The notes: generated by a model from the letters alone, not told the origin. A DNA stretch of 64,000 nucleotides from Gammaproteobacteria bacterium (GCA_965116495.1 OZ220696.1:1312001-1376000); one strand, 5' to 3'. Positions 37,327 to 46,636 are shown, counted from the first letter of the stretch. Numbers and translations: made by a program.

Positions 37327-40300
37327 TCAGGCGACTTTTTTCAGCGTCGCTTCCAGGGCCTCGCCATGTTCGTCCGCCAGTGCCGCCTCACGTAATTCCC
37401 TGACCTTTAGCGCTGCGTCCGGGCGCTTGCGCAGGCCGTCAAGCGTGCTCATGATACGTTCGAAATTGGCTCTGCCCCTCTCGTGGGTTTCGCCATAGCC
37501 CTTTACCAGGCGCTGGCATTCGGCAATTTCCACCGCGAGGTCGTAATCGCCGGCGGCACAGTCCAGCACGGTGGCCAGCCATGTTTCCATGGCCGCGGTT
37601 TCCGTTTTATAACGCAGGGTCGAACGGCGCGTTACCCGCAGGCCGGCAAGCATGGAGAGCAGCAGGAACCCGAACAGGCTGGTGGTGTTGATCTTCCTGC
37701 CGCGCCGGCAGAACAGGCCAATAAAATTTCTCAATAGCGGGATTTTGAGGTGCAGGGAGCCTTTCCATGCCGGCATGATGTCGCACAGCTCCTGTACCCT
37801 GGGGTGCATGAATTCCTGCATAGTGACGACCTGGTCCTGCTGAGCCTGCACCTCTTTCCTGACCCGGGCAAAGCGGCTGGAGCGGGTCTTCAGGTCCGCT
37901 ACCCGGATGGCATCCTCGTAACTCATGCCCAGGGCCAGGTAACGGGCGGTCTCAACGGTCAGCCGGTAGTCCCGGCCGGCGGCGTCCGCGCGCAGGACCG
38001 GTTGCAGCCGATCCAGGTACTGGTGCGCGTAGCGGATGTCCTGGTAGTCCGCCAGTTTCGCCACCGCCGCCCGGATCACCTCCCGGGTCTGCGGTGGGAA
38101 CTCTGCCCGGATTCGGTCCAGCAGCGCCTGCGCGTTGTTATGCACCGGTTTTTTGGCTGCGGCTGCCTGCATAGCCCCAGGCCGTTCCTGTTCCTGCTGC
38201 CGTTCCTGCGCGTGGGCATAACCGGCATCAAACCCTTTCAGGTTGGTCTCTACGGCCACGCCGCCTTTCCTGATGACATCGATGAAGGAGTCCCGGCTGA
38301 AGGGCAAAGCACCGCTACCGGCAGCCGCGCCCAGCAACACGGAACTGATGACGCTGCCCGTCCTCCCGGCCAGGGCATCCATGTCGAAACCAATGAAGCG
38401 TTTTGCATTCTCCGTCAAGGCTTCCATGATCCTGCCGGCGTTCGCTCGCCCGTCGCCCGGCGCGGATTTCTCGGCGATAGCGTAGTCCCGGTGGGTGGAC
38501 ACCAGCGCGGTGGTTCTGTCCGGTGAGATCAAACCTCTCAATATGGCGCGCCCTCCCTCGATCAGTTCACCGGCAATGACGACATCGACACGTCCGGGCA
38601 CCGGCATCAGGGCCAGCACCGCGGGGTCATCGCCGATTGCATCCTTCGGGAAGAACTCCAGGTAGTAAACGGTTGCGCCGGTGCGCTGGGCCACACCCGG
38701 TACAGAGGTGGACTGCGCCAGGTAACCGGAACGCTCGGCCACCTGGATAAGCCAGTTGCTGAGGACGCCCCCGCCCTGCCCGCCCATGGCCAGGATAGCG
38801 ACCTTGATGGGTTGTACCTGTGCGCCTGTTATCTTGGGGACGGACTTAAGTCCGTCCCCGTCAAGCCCGGGGCCGTCCCCACCAGGCCCCTGTTTCCATA
38901 CCGGCAAGGAAGAGGAATGCCTGTCCTGTTCTTCCCCGTCCGGGAAAACTGCTTCAATAGTCCGCTTGCGCCGGCGCAGGTCCGACCAGGCCTGGAGCCT
39001 GCCGATGACGAAAGAACGGAGGGCCGTCAGCGCCCTGTCGGCAAGGTTGGGGTTATAGACGATATCGGCCTTGTAAAAGGACGGGCAGAGCACCGCGGCA
39101 TGGGCCACCTCACCGCATACACCGCAGCCTACACAACTGTTGACGACGCTGGCCACGGGATCCTTTCTCAGCGGGTCGGGATTGTCCTTGATGGTCAGCG
39201 ACGGGCAACCCGATAACCTTATGCAGGAATGATCGCCGGTGCAGGTATCTTCATCGATACCGAAACGTTCGCGTACATAACGTTTTTTCTGTTTAAGCAG
39301 TTTTTTGACCTGCGGTTTGATACGCCGCTGGCGGTTAAGCTGGCATTCCCCCTCCGCCACGATGAGCTTGGGCCCCTTCTCCCTGGTGGTCATGGCCTCT
39401 CTCAGGGCATGCAGGGACTCCTGGATATGGTAGGTATGTACCTTTCTGATCCACCTTACGCCGGCGCCCTTGAGCGCATCGACAATGGACACGCGGTACT
39501 GGCGCCTGGCCGCATCGGCCTTGGACGAAGGAATCCACTGGCCGCCGGTCGCCGCGGAATAACCGTTGTCAACCACGATGATGACGCCGTCGTGTTCGTT
39601 TTCCACCGCATTGCCGATACCCGTAGTCAGGCCGTTATGCCAGAAGCCGCCGTCACCCATGATACTGAGGGCGCGTTTTTCGTGTGGGACCATCAGGGCC
39701 GAGGCGCTGGACGGGCCCAGGCCATAGCCGGTAATTGTGTTGCCGATGTTGAAAGGAGCGACCGTGGCAAAAGAATGGCAACCGATGTCCATGCTCACCT
39801 GCAGTTTGCCGAATTCCTTCTCCAGCAGCTTGACCGCGGAGAAGAACGGGCGTTCCGGGCAGCCGGTGCACAGGCCGGACGGCCGTTGGGGTACCAGTTG
39901 CGCCAGGTCTTCCCGGTGCGCGCCGTTGGTCTTTTCCAACGGCGGAATGGTGACGGCGCCGGGTTCCCAACGCCCCAGGAACTCGCGCAGTCCTTGTTCC
40001 ATCAACTGGCAGGTGTATTCTCCCGCCATGGTAAACACGTCCTTGCCATGTATCCTTGCCTGCACGTCGTGGCGTCTGAGGATGGTGTTGAGGTTCTGTT
40101 CAAGATAGTCCGGCTGGCCTTCCTCCACCAACAGCACGGCCTTTTTATCCCGGCAGAAACGCACCACCTCCGTATTCACCAGGGGGTAGGCTACGTTCAG
40201 GATATACATGGGGATGGTGTTGTTGCCGAACACGTCGGAACAGCCCACATGCTCCATGGCCCGGTTCAGGGTGTTGTAGAGGCCACCGGGAACGATGATT

Positions 40301-41088
40301 CCGATATCTTCAAAACGGCCCTCTATCACGCCGTTCAGTCCGTTTTCCTCTATGAATTTCACAGCCGCGGGCCAGCGTTGTTCGGTTTTTTCCGTCTCTT
40401 GCCGGTAATTGAACGGGGGCAGGACTATGCGCTCTACGTCACGCGCCGGGGCATCCAGGGCGTCGGTCACGGTGAATTCGGGGCGCTTGTTGTCTTTGGT
40501 ATTCAACACGCCGTGGACATGGCAGGCCCGCACCCGCAATTGCAGCATGACGGGAGTGCCCGAGACCTCGGAAAGCTCAAAACCCTTCTCAACCGTCTCT
40601 GCGATATCGTTCAGGTTGGGCCTGGGATCAAGCAGCCACATCTGGGACTTCATGGCAAAGGCATGGGAACGCTCCTGCATGATGGAAGCGCCTTCGCCGT
40701 AGTCTTCCCCGACGATGATGAGTACACCGCCCTTGACACCGGCGGAGGCCACGTTGGCCAGGGCGTCCGAGGCAACGTTGGTGCCGACGGTGGATTTCCA
40801 GGCCACCGCGCCGCGTAGCGGGTAATTGATGGATGCGGCTAGCATGGAGGCAGCCGCGGCCTCGCTGGCGGACTGCTCAAAGTGTACGCCCAGTTCTTCC
40901 AGGATCTCCCGGGCATCGGAAAAGACGTCAATCAAATGGCTGATAGGCGAGCCCTGGTATCCGCCGATATAGGATACGCCCGATTGCAGCAGGGCCTTGG
41001 TCACCGCGAGGATGCCCTCGCCATGGAGTTCTTCGCCGTCCCCCAGGCGCAGCATCTGTACTTCCTTTGCGAATGAACGTTCAGCCAC
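37327..41088 (-). CDS. Indolepyruvate:ferredoxin oxidoreductase family, alpha and beta subunits fused
   Basis: MAERSFAKEV, CTGCPERP, DIGCH, GDGGFWHNG, CVGCGVC, then beta-type AILAMGGQGGG, SVPGVAQRTG and DYQD/VKGYGETH domain. Confidence 0.9.
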   Translation of the reverse strand: MAERSFAKEVQMLRLGDGEELHGEGILAVTKALLQSGVSYIGGYQGSPISHLIDVFSDAREILEELGVHFEQSASEAAAASMLAASINYPLRGAVAWKSTVGTNVASDALANVASAGVKGGVLIIVGEDYGEGASIMQERSHAFAMKSQMWLLDPRPNLNDIAETVEKGFELSEVSGTPVMLQLRVRACHVHGVLNTKDNKRPEFTVTDALDAPARDVERIVLPPFNYRQETEKTEQRWPAAVKFIEENGLNGVIEGRFEDIGIIVPGGLYNTLNRAMEHVGCSDVFGNNTIPMYILNVAYPLVNTEVVRFCRDKKAVLLVEEGQPDYLEQNLNTILRRHDVQARIHGKDVFTMAGEYTCQLMEQGLREFLGRWEPGAVTIPPLEKTNGAHREDLAQLVPQRPSGLCTGCPERPFFSAVKLLEKEFGKLQVSMDIGCHSFATVAPFNIGNTITGYGLGPSSASALMVPHEKRALSIMGDGGFWHNGLTTGIGNAVENEHDGVIIVVDNGYSAATGGQWIPSSKADAARRQYRVSIVDALKGAGVRWIRKVHTYHIQESLHALREAMTTREKGPKLIVAEGECQLNRQRRIKPQVKKLLKQKKRYVRERFGIDEDTCTGDHSCIRLSGCPSLTIKDNPDPLRKDPVASVVNSCVGCGVCGEVAHAAVLCPSFYKADIVYNPNLADRALTALRSFVIGRLQAWSDLRRRKRTIEAVFPDGEEQDRHSSSLPVWKQGPGGDGPGLDGDGLKSVPKITGAQVQPIKVAILAMGGQGGGVLSNWLIQVAERSGYLAQSTSVPGVAQRTGATVYYLEFFPKDAIGDDPAVLALMPVPGRVDVVIAGELIEGGRAILRGLISPDRTTALVSTHRDYAIAEKSAPGDGRANAGRIMEALTENAKRFIGFDMDALAGRTGSVISSVLLGAAAGSGALPFSRDSFIDVIRKGGVAVETNLKGFDAGYAHAQERQQEQERPGAMQAAAAKKPVHNNAQALLDRIRAEFPPQTREVIRAAVAKLADYQDIRYAHQYLDRLQPVLRADAAGRDYRLTVETARYLALGMSYEDAIRVADLKTRSSRFARVRKEVQAQQDQVVTMQEFMHPRVQELCDIMPAWKGSLHLKIPLLRNFIGLFCRRGRKINTTSLFGFLLLSMLAGLRVTRRSTLRYKTETAAMETWLATVLDCAAGDYDLAVEIAECQRLVKGYGETHERGRANFERIMSTLDGLRKRPDAALKVRELREAALADEHGEALEATLKKVA

Positions 41089-41096
41089 TGGCGGCG

Positions 41097-41834
41097 TTAC
41101 TCTGTTATGGCAAATACCCGCGCCGGGGAGCCGTCCAGGCCTTCCAGGGGCAAGGGTATGCCGTAAAGGGTAAAGTCCCTGCCGTCCAGTTCACCGATAT
41201 TGGCAAGCAACTGGATGATGATGGTCTTGTTGCCCAGCAGCGTCTTGTGGTTGCGCCCGGGTGGTTGATCCGCTTCGATGCCGAGCCAGAACGGCGCTTC
41301 GGGGAAGCAGTCCAGGGCGACCGCCTTGCAGCCTTTTTCAACGATATACTCCGCTGCCGTGGTGTCCAGGTATATGGAATTCCCCCAGAATTCGTCCGTG
41401 TCCCAGGTCCGATCCGTCCAGCCGGTATACAGGACAGGTATGACACCGTCATCGATCACAACGCCTGTTTTGATGATCTCATCTGCTGTGACGCGTTCCC
41501 GCCCCTGCAAGTGGGTAAGCGGCACAACCCTGCCCTTGCCGATGGTGTGCTCCAGGGGGATTTGTTCCACCGTCCAGCCGCCGCTTTCCAGGAAGTGGCA
41601 GGGCGCATCGATATGGGTGCCGATGTGGGTGAGTATCTCCAGCCGTGACAGCATGTGCGGGGTGAATTCAACGTTTTCGTCCAGTTCAATGTCACGGCTT
41701 TCCAGGTACGCCTTTTGCACCTCTCCCATACAGGACAGAACCACGCAACGGGTGGGGTTTTCTTCATATTCGCGCAGGTCGGGGATGCCCCGCATGTGGC
41801 GATTGACAGACAGGGTCAGATCGATGACGGCCAT
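41097..41834 (-). CDS. Cyclase family metal hydrolase (kynurenine formamidase/isatin hydrolase-like)
   Basis: HIGTHIDAPCH motif, LYTGW, GLDGSPARVFA; RBS gaggag. Confidence 0.88.
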   Translation of the reverse strand: MAVIDLTLSVNRHMRGIPDLREYEENPTRCVVLSCMGEVQKAYLESRDIELDENVEFTPHMLSRLEILTHIGTHIDAPCHFLESGGWTVEQIPLEHTIGKGRVVPLTHLQGRERVTADEIIKTGVVIDDGVIPVLYTGWTDRTWDTDEFWGNSIYLDTTAAEYIVEKGCKAVALDCFPEAPFWLGIEADQPPGRNHKTLLGNKTIIIQLLANIGELDGRDFTLYGIPLPLEGLDGSPARVFAITE

Positions 41835-42185
41835 GGTCTCCTCCGGTTGTACCTCTCCTGTATTATACAATAGTTAATGATCCGGACTCTTTCTTACTTT
41901 AAGCTTACGCAGATAAATGCATGCGTTATTTTTCACCTGTGTCCCTGCAAGCTTTTTAACTGCGCCGCGCTGGATTTTCTGTGTTGCCGATATTGGGAGC
42001 CCGGATAAAAACAGGTAGTACCGGGTACTTTATAGTAAATCATGCGGTCATTACAGAATGTAACAATTTTCTCGGCCGTGTCTTTACTTGCGGGCGTATG
42101 TTCCGCCAGGTTCTTCCAGGTACACCAGTTCCTGAATTGGAATTCCATGTTGTGCCAACAAGTACGTCATGGCGCCGTTTGCGGG

Positions 42186-42818
42186 TCAGTCCGGAAATTT
42201 GAGTGATTTCACGTAGCGCCAGGTGCGGTTTCCGCCTGACTGGCGCCGTAGTGCAAGCAAATCGTCCGGACGGTCAATATCCCGGGCCAGTCCGCCGGAT
42301 CTGGCGATATTGACGGTGACCTGCCGTTTTTCCGCTTCTTTACGGAATTTATCAAAGCTGTTCTCGCCATACATCAAGCCGATGGACAGCGGCGGCGTCA
42401 ACACCAGGCCGTTGGTGCCGCCATCGTTACCGGCAGGACATAAAGTGACGCCCCCTGCATGTTCCCGGTCCAGGTAAGCCAGGTCTGTTTCATCAAGTTC
42501 AGGCACGTCGGCAGGGATGACGATCACCTTGTCGATGCCTTTATCACTGATGACATCAACGCCTTTCAGCACATCGGAGGCATACCCATGGTCGACCCCG
42601 GTGTTCAACACGTGCGCGCGGTAGTCCCGCGCCATCAAGATAGCAGCTTCATCGCAACTGATTACCGTGACGCCGTCGATCACGGCAGTTCTATCCAGGG
42701 CATCAAGTATGTCTTCCAGCATACACAGACTGAGTTGCCGGCGTTGCGCGGGCGTCATTACGCGGGCAAGGCGCAATTTGGCGTGCTCCAGCCGTTTTAC
42801 AGGGAGTAGCGCCCACAT
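42186..42818 (-). CDS. cofC: 2-phospho-L-lactate/3-phosphoglycerate guanylyltransferase (F420 biosynthesis)
   Basis: MWALLPVKRLEHAKLRL, IPADVP, DGGTNGL, YGENSF, DIDRPDDL. Confidence 0.88.
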   Translation of the reverse strand: MWALLPVKRLEHAKLRLARVMTPAQRRQLSLCMLEDILDALDRTAVIDGVTVISCDEAAILMARDYRAHVLNTGVDHGYASDVLKGVDVISDKGIDKVIVIPADVPELDETDLAYLDREHAGGVTLCPAGNDGGTNGLVLTPPLSIGLMYGENSFDKFRKEAEKRQVTVNIARSGGLARDIDRPDDLLALRRQSGGNRTWRYVKSLKFPD

Positions 42819-42827
42819 GTCAAAAAT

Positions 42828-42963
42828 TTATCCGCAGATGACGCAGATGAACGCAGATGAAACGAAAATTTTTAACATATATTACTGAAGGTACCAGATT
42901 GTAACTTCTATATTTTATGAGACATTATATTTATCTGCAGTAATCTGCGTCATCTGCGGATAA
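42828..42963. repeat. 136-bp MITE-like element with perfect 21-bp IRs built from gcagat units
   Basis: ttatccgcagatgacgcagat / atctgcgtcatctgcggataa around an AT-rich core. Confidence 0.8.
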
Positions 42964-42966
42964 CCT

Positions 42967-43644
42967 TTACGCGGATGAGGAAGTATTTTCAATCCCGGTG
43001 ATGCGGATACCGGAATGGCTGGTCTTGTAGGTCTTGTTGATATGGATAAGCAGGCTGGTCAGGGCTTCTGCGGCCGCGGCATTGGCCAGTTTTCCCGCAT
43101 TGACCGCGCGGCAACCACTGTCCTCCACCAGTTGCATCACTTCCTTGCGGGTCTGCAGGTCGTCACCGGTCACCAGGATGTCGCAGTCGATCTCCACGTC
43201 CTGCTCCAGCAGGTTGGCGGCGACGTTGTGGTATGCCGCAGTGACCCGCGCCTTGTCGCCCACCGCGTTACGGGTAATGACCGCGGCGCTCCCCTGTTCA
43301 GGCAACTGGACGACGGCTACTTTCGGTGGCATCAGCGGTACCGTGGTATCAACCAGGATCTGCCCGGACAGGCCAGGTTTGATGGTATCCAGGGTCGCTT
43401 CATGGGCAGCGTAAGGGACGGTCAGGACGACGACTTCCGCCTGTTTTGTCGCGCTGAGGTTGTCGGCTCCGGTAATCGTCTCGCCACCGGGTTTTTTGTT
43501 GAGTTCGGCCGCCGCATTCTGTGCCTTTTCCGCAACCCGGGAGCCGATGACCACCTCGTGCCCCGCCCTGGCCCAGCGCCAGGCAAGGCCGTAACCCAGG
43601 TTGCCGGTGCCGCCGAGGATTGCTATTTTTCTTTTATCAACCAT
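42967..43644 (-). CDS. npdG: F420H2:NADP+ oxidoreductase
   Basis: IAILGGTGNLGYGLA, IGSR, LTVPY, DTTVPL, GSAA, EALTSLLIHIN, SGIRITG. Confidence 0.92.
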   Translation of the reverse strand: MVDKRKIAILGGTGNLGYGLAWRWARAGHEVVIGSRVAEKAQNAAAELNKKPGGETITGADNLSATKQAEVVVLTVPYAAHEATLDTIKPGLSGQILVDTTVPLMPPKVAVVQLPEQGSAAVITRNAVGDKARVTAAYHNVAANLLEQDVEIDCDILVTGDDLQTRKEVMQLVEDSGCRAVNAGKLANAAAAEALTSLLIHINKTYKTSHSGIRITGIENTSSSA

Positions 43645-43661
43645 AAGAACATTGGCAACAT

Positions 43662-43756
43662 CGTCATTCCGGCGAATGCCGGAATCCAGTAGTTAATTGG
43701 AACCTTTACAAATAAGGTATAGTTTATTCTGGTTTCCGGCATTCGCCGGAATGACG
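43662..43756. repeat. Inward-facing REP/dRS3-like palindrome pair
   Basis: cgtcattccggcgaatgccggaatccagt (43662-43690) / ctggtttccggcattcgccggaatgacg (43729-43756). Confidence 0.85.
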
Positions 43757-43813
43757 ACAGTACCAGAAAAATAAATTTATCCCCTCTCCTCTCCGGTTAT
43801 AATAGACACGTTC

Positions 43814-43887
43814 TGGGGGCTCGTCTAACGGCAGGACTGCGGACTCTGACTCCGCCAGTAGAGGTTCGAATCCTCTGCCCCCAGCCA
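43814..43887 (+). tRNA. tRNA-Gln (anticodon CTG)
   Basis: Acceptor tgggggc/gccccca+gcca; anticodon stem gcgga-ctCTGac-tccgc; T-loop ggttcgaatcc. Confidence 0.96.
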
Positions 43888-44280
43888 TTTCAATTTGTTT
43901 CAAAATGTTTCATTTCCTTACCCCGGCGTGAAGATAGCACGAAACGGGCGCGTGGCAAAATCCTGGATACGGGGGAAAGATCAACTGATAAAATCCGTAC
44001 CAACGGCACAGCAGTTAATTCATCCGATCGTTATTCCCGTAAAATTTATCCGGCGGGATAGAAGCAGCCTGTCTTAATTCCTGCGTTATGAAACAAAGAT
44101 TGTCAAATGGGAAAAATCCGTCCTTCTCTTTTGGTTGAATTATCAAAATAATTTTCAAAACTTTCTACTAAATAGTTACCTGGTGTTTGAACAGTAGTCA
44201 TTCGTTGGTTTATCCGACTCATTTGCACGGCCCCCATCAACCCGGACAACCACATTTACAATGCCATGCATCTTCTATCA

Positions 44281-44338
44281 TATAGGCATTTATAGCAGAG
44301 AATTCCTATATAGGAATGTTCTGCTATAAATGCCTATA
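44281..44338. promoter_or_regulatory. 58-bp near-perfect palindrome, copy 1
   Basis: tataggcatttatagcaga-gaattcctatataggaatgt-tctgctataaatgcctata. Confidence 0.8.
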
Positions 44339-44476
44339 AACTGATGATGGTAGGGTGTACCCCGCCAGCCCCAGTGTTGATCCGGAGCCATTGTTGCGGC
44401 GGGTACGCATAAAACGTAAAGGTCTCGTTCACGGCGCTGGCCAAGCTGATGGTGGCTGTAGGTCACGACAAGTGAT

Positions 44477-44977
44477 TCAAATAAGCAGAAGTGATTCGAT
44501 GCGTTGAACGGGAAGCATCAGGGTCATAGGGTCAATATGCGACACCCGGAAACCGTATTCGAGGTAAAAACACCTGGCATCTTCTGAAATAGCGTGTACC
44601 AGCACCGCCCGAACGCCTGCATTCCGTGCGACAGCCAGTGTGCGTAACAAGGCATCTTTCAACAAGGCTGCGCCCAGGCCTTGGCCCTGCATTGCATGTT
44701 CAACGGCTAAACGACCCAATACCATCACGGGAACCGCTTCCGGCATGTTGCGGGCTATCGCCGCCGGAGCGCTGATTCGCTCGACACTCCCGCTGGCAAG
44801 CGCATAGAACCCGACCACCCGCTTACCCTCGCTGATAACAAACGTTCTGCTGGCGCCACTGTCCTGGTTTTTCAGCGCATGCTTTTTAAGCCACTCATTG
44901 AGTGCTTCATTACCACAGTCAAACTCGACCAGCAGATGACTGTCAGTCAGAGGCTCCGGGGCTTTGGCTACTCCCAC
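44477..44977 (-). CDS. GNAT acetyltransferase toxin (TacT/AtaT-like), copy 1
   Basis: FDCGNEALNEWL, VVGFYAL, PVMVLGRLAV..QGQGLG, VHAISEDARCFY. Confidence 0.92.
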   Translation of the reverse strand: MGVAKAPEPLTDSHLLVEFDCGNEALNEWLKKHALKNQDSGASRTFVISEGKRVVGFYALASGSVERISAPAAIARNMPEAVPVMVLGRLAVEHAMQGQGLGAALLKDALLRTLAVARNAGVRAVLVHAISEDARCFYLEYGFRVSHIDPMTLMLPVQRIESLLLI

Positions 44978-45231
44978 GGAGCGGGAGAAGTCAACAGGGA
45001 TTTCAGCTTCTCGTCAGCAGGCGCCGGCGCTTCCAGGGCTGCGGTAAAGGCAGCAAAAGCAGCAGCATCAAGTTGAAATAGACGTTGATTAAGCAATACG
45101 TTTTCTGCTTCCCGACAGGCAACGTCCAGGATAAACGCGCTTCTGTCCTTGTTAAGCATCGCAGCAGCCTTGGTCAAGAGCGCACGCTGACCAGGTTCAA
45201 CGCGCATGTTAATAGGGGCAGTCTTGGACAT
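44968..45231 (-). CDS. DUF1778 (TacA-like) RHH antitoxin, copy 1
   Basis: MSKTAPINMRV..RALLTKAA..RSAFILDVACREAENVL..SPAPWE. Confidence 0.9.
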   Translation of the reverse strand: MSKTAPINMRVEPGQRALLTKAAAMLNKDRSAFILDVACREAENVLLNQRLFQLDAAAFAAFTAALEAPAPADEKLKSLLTSPAPWE

Positions 45232-45485
45232 AATGATAAATCTCTTTGGATATCTTGATGCGATACATTTTAGTATAGCTATCAGATATACGCAAATGTT
45301 CCGTGATTTCTGACTGTCCACGCGGCGATGTACAATCTAATATCCTTCCTGGGTTCGGTCCTAATGGTCATGAACATTATATTGTTGAGAGACGCACGTT
45401 GGATCAACCAGTGCGGCGAGGATTGAGACTTATATCAAATTGTCCGGTCTACACGGTATGCCAGCAGCGGCTGTCACCAGTTTGA

Positions 45486-45653
45486 TTACAGTTCGGAATC
45501 GGCCAGCACATGCAAACATCCATCAACAGCTTCCTTTATATTGGCGGTCAGTTCAGCAATCGTATCCCCCTGTGTTACACAACCCGGGATAGACGGGACT
45601 TCCGCCCAGTAGCCGCCTTCCTCTGCAGCATGGATAATTATCGTTGTTTTCAT
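45486..45653 (-). CDS. Orphan short HicB-family antitoxin (55 aa); not in ORF track
   Basis: MKTTIIIHAAEEGGYWAEVPSIPGCVTQGDTIAELTANIKEAVDGCL. Confidence 0.8.
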   Translation of the reverse strand: MKTTIIIHAAEEGGYWAEVPSIPGCVTQGDTIAELTANIKEAVDGCLHVLADSEL

Positions 45654-45734
45654 AACACGAACACTGGTAAACCGTTAAAATTCAGAACATATAATGGTAC
45701 AGTAATTCAAGCATAAATTCCGCCAGGAACGCCT

Positions 45735-46457
45735 TTGGCCATGAGAACTAGTATCCGACAAGTACCCCAAGAACAATATAATGAAGATCGAATGCGGCGC
45801 GCCGAAAGTTGGTTGAGACGAAGCAAAGTAGCTGAGGTAAATCGTAAACAAGCCGTGTCCGACGAAGAAAGGGCTGCCCTCGATTGCGAGCAATTCATTT
45901 TTCTCTGGATCTCATTCAATGCGGCCTATGGTCGCGAACTGCTTGATAATAATAGAGGTGATGGCAGTCCCACAGAATCTGAAAAGTTTGACGAATTTTT
46001 GGAGAAAATCCTGGAACGGGATTCTGCTAAAGCCATCAAAACTATTCTGTGGAAAACGCACTCCGGTCCCATCCGCGTCCTTTTGAGAAACCATTATGTA
46101 TTCAATTTGTTCTGGCGTTCGATCAGGGATTCCAATAACGATTTACATTGGAGGAAAATGTTCAAGAGGTGGAATAAAAATGCCTTCTCAGCATTAGGCA
46201 GAGATGATATTCATGCAGTTCTCAGGGAAGTTTTCGATCGGCTTTGCGTACTCCGTAATCAACTGTTTCACGGTGGCGCCACATTTGCTACAGGTTGGGG
46301 TCGGTCTCAAGTCAGAGACGGCAGTCGCATTATGGCCAGTCTTGTCCCTGAAATTCTGAAGATTATGCAAACTGATATGGAAAAAAATCCTGATGCAGAC
46401 ACTTGGGGAGCAGTTGCTTTTCCGCGTATCAATGAAAGCCCCGACGCGGGGATATAG
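45735..46457 (+). CDS. HEPN-domain protein (putative RNase)
   Basis: FIFLWISFNAAYG helix and RxxxxH motif RNQLFH(GG). Confidence 0.78.
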   Translation: MAMRTSIRQVPQEQYNEDRMRRAESWLRRSKVAEVNRKQAVSDEERAALDCEQFIFLWISFNAAYGRELLDNNRGDGSPTESEKFDEFLEKILERDSAKAIKTILWKTHSGPIRVLLRNHYVFNLFWRSIRDSNNDLHWRKMFKRWNKNAFSALGRDDIHAVLREVFDRLCVLRNQLFHGGATFATGWGRSQVRDGSRIMASLVPEILKIMQTDMEKNPDADTWGAVAFPRINESPDAGI

Positions 46458-46636
46458 GCAAAAGGGGAGCAGACCAGGCGGCCTTCATGGCTGCCCGAGT
46501 GATTGTCAATTGGCATCCAAACTCACACTGCCCTTCGACTCTATCGGTATCATAAATCACAACTGCAGGTCCTCGCCACCAGGAAGTTCCCATCCGTCTT
46601 ATCGACAACAACTCCCGATGTGTTTTCAATATAGTT

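Larger units (their letters stand above)
44423..45338. repeat. 916-bp direct repeat copy 1 (GNAT/DUF1778 TA module)
   Basis: Matches 50278-51193 (offset 5855); 3 substitutions seen. Confidence 0.95.

Noticed and set aside
39229-40818. Long antisense ORFs (529 aa here; also 47354-49018, 7711-8931, 57510-58466)
   Set aside because: Shadows of GC-rich genes on the opposite strand; no family motifs
43895-44077. 60-aa ORF as integrase or GIY-YIG remnant
   Set aside because: Only a vague resemblance (KSWIRGKDQLIKSV); no catalytic motif
46458-46636. Cobalamin or TPP riboswitch upstream of TBDR (also 30868-31000)
   Set aside because: No recognisable conserved boxes by eye; an Infernal/Rfam scan would settle it
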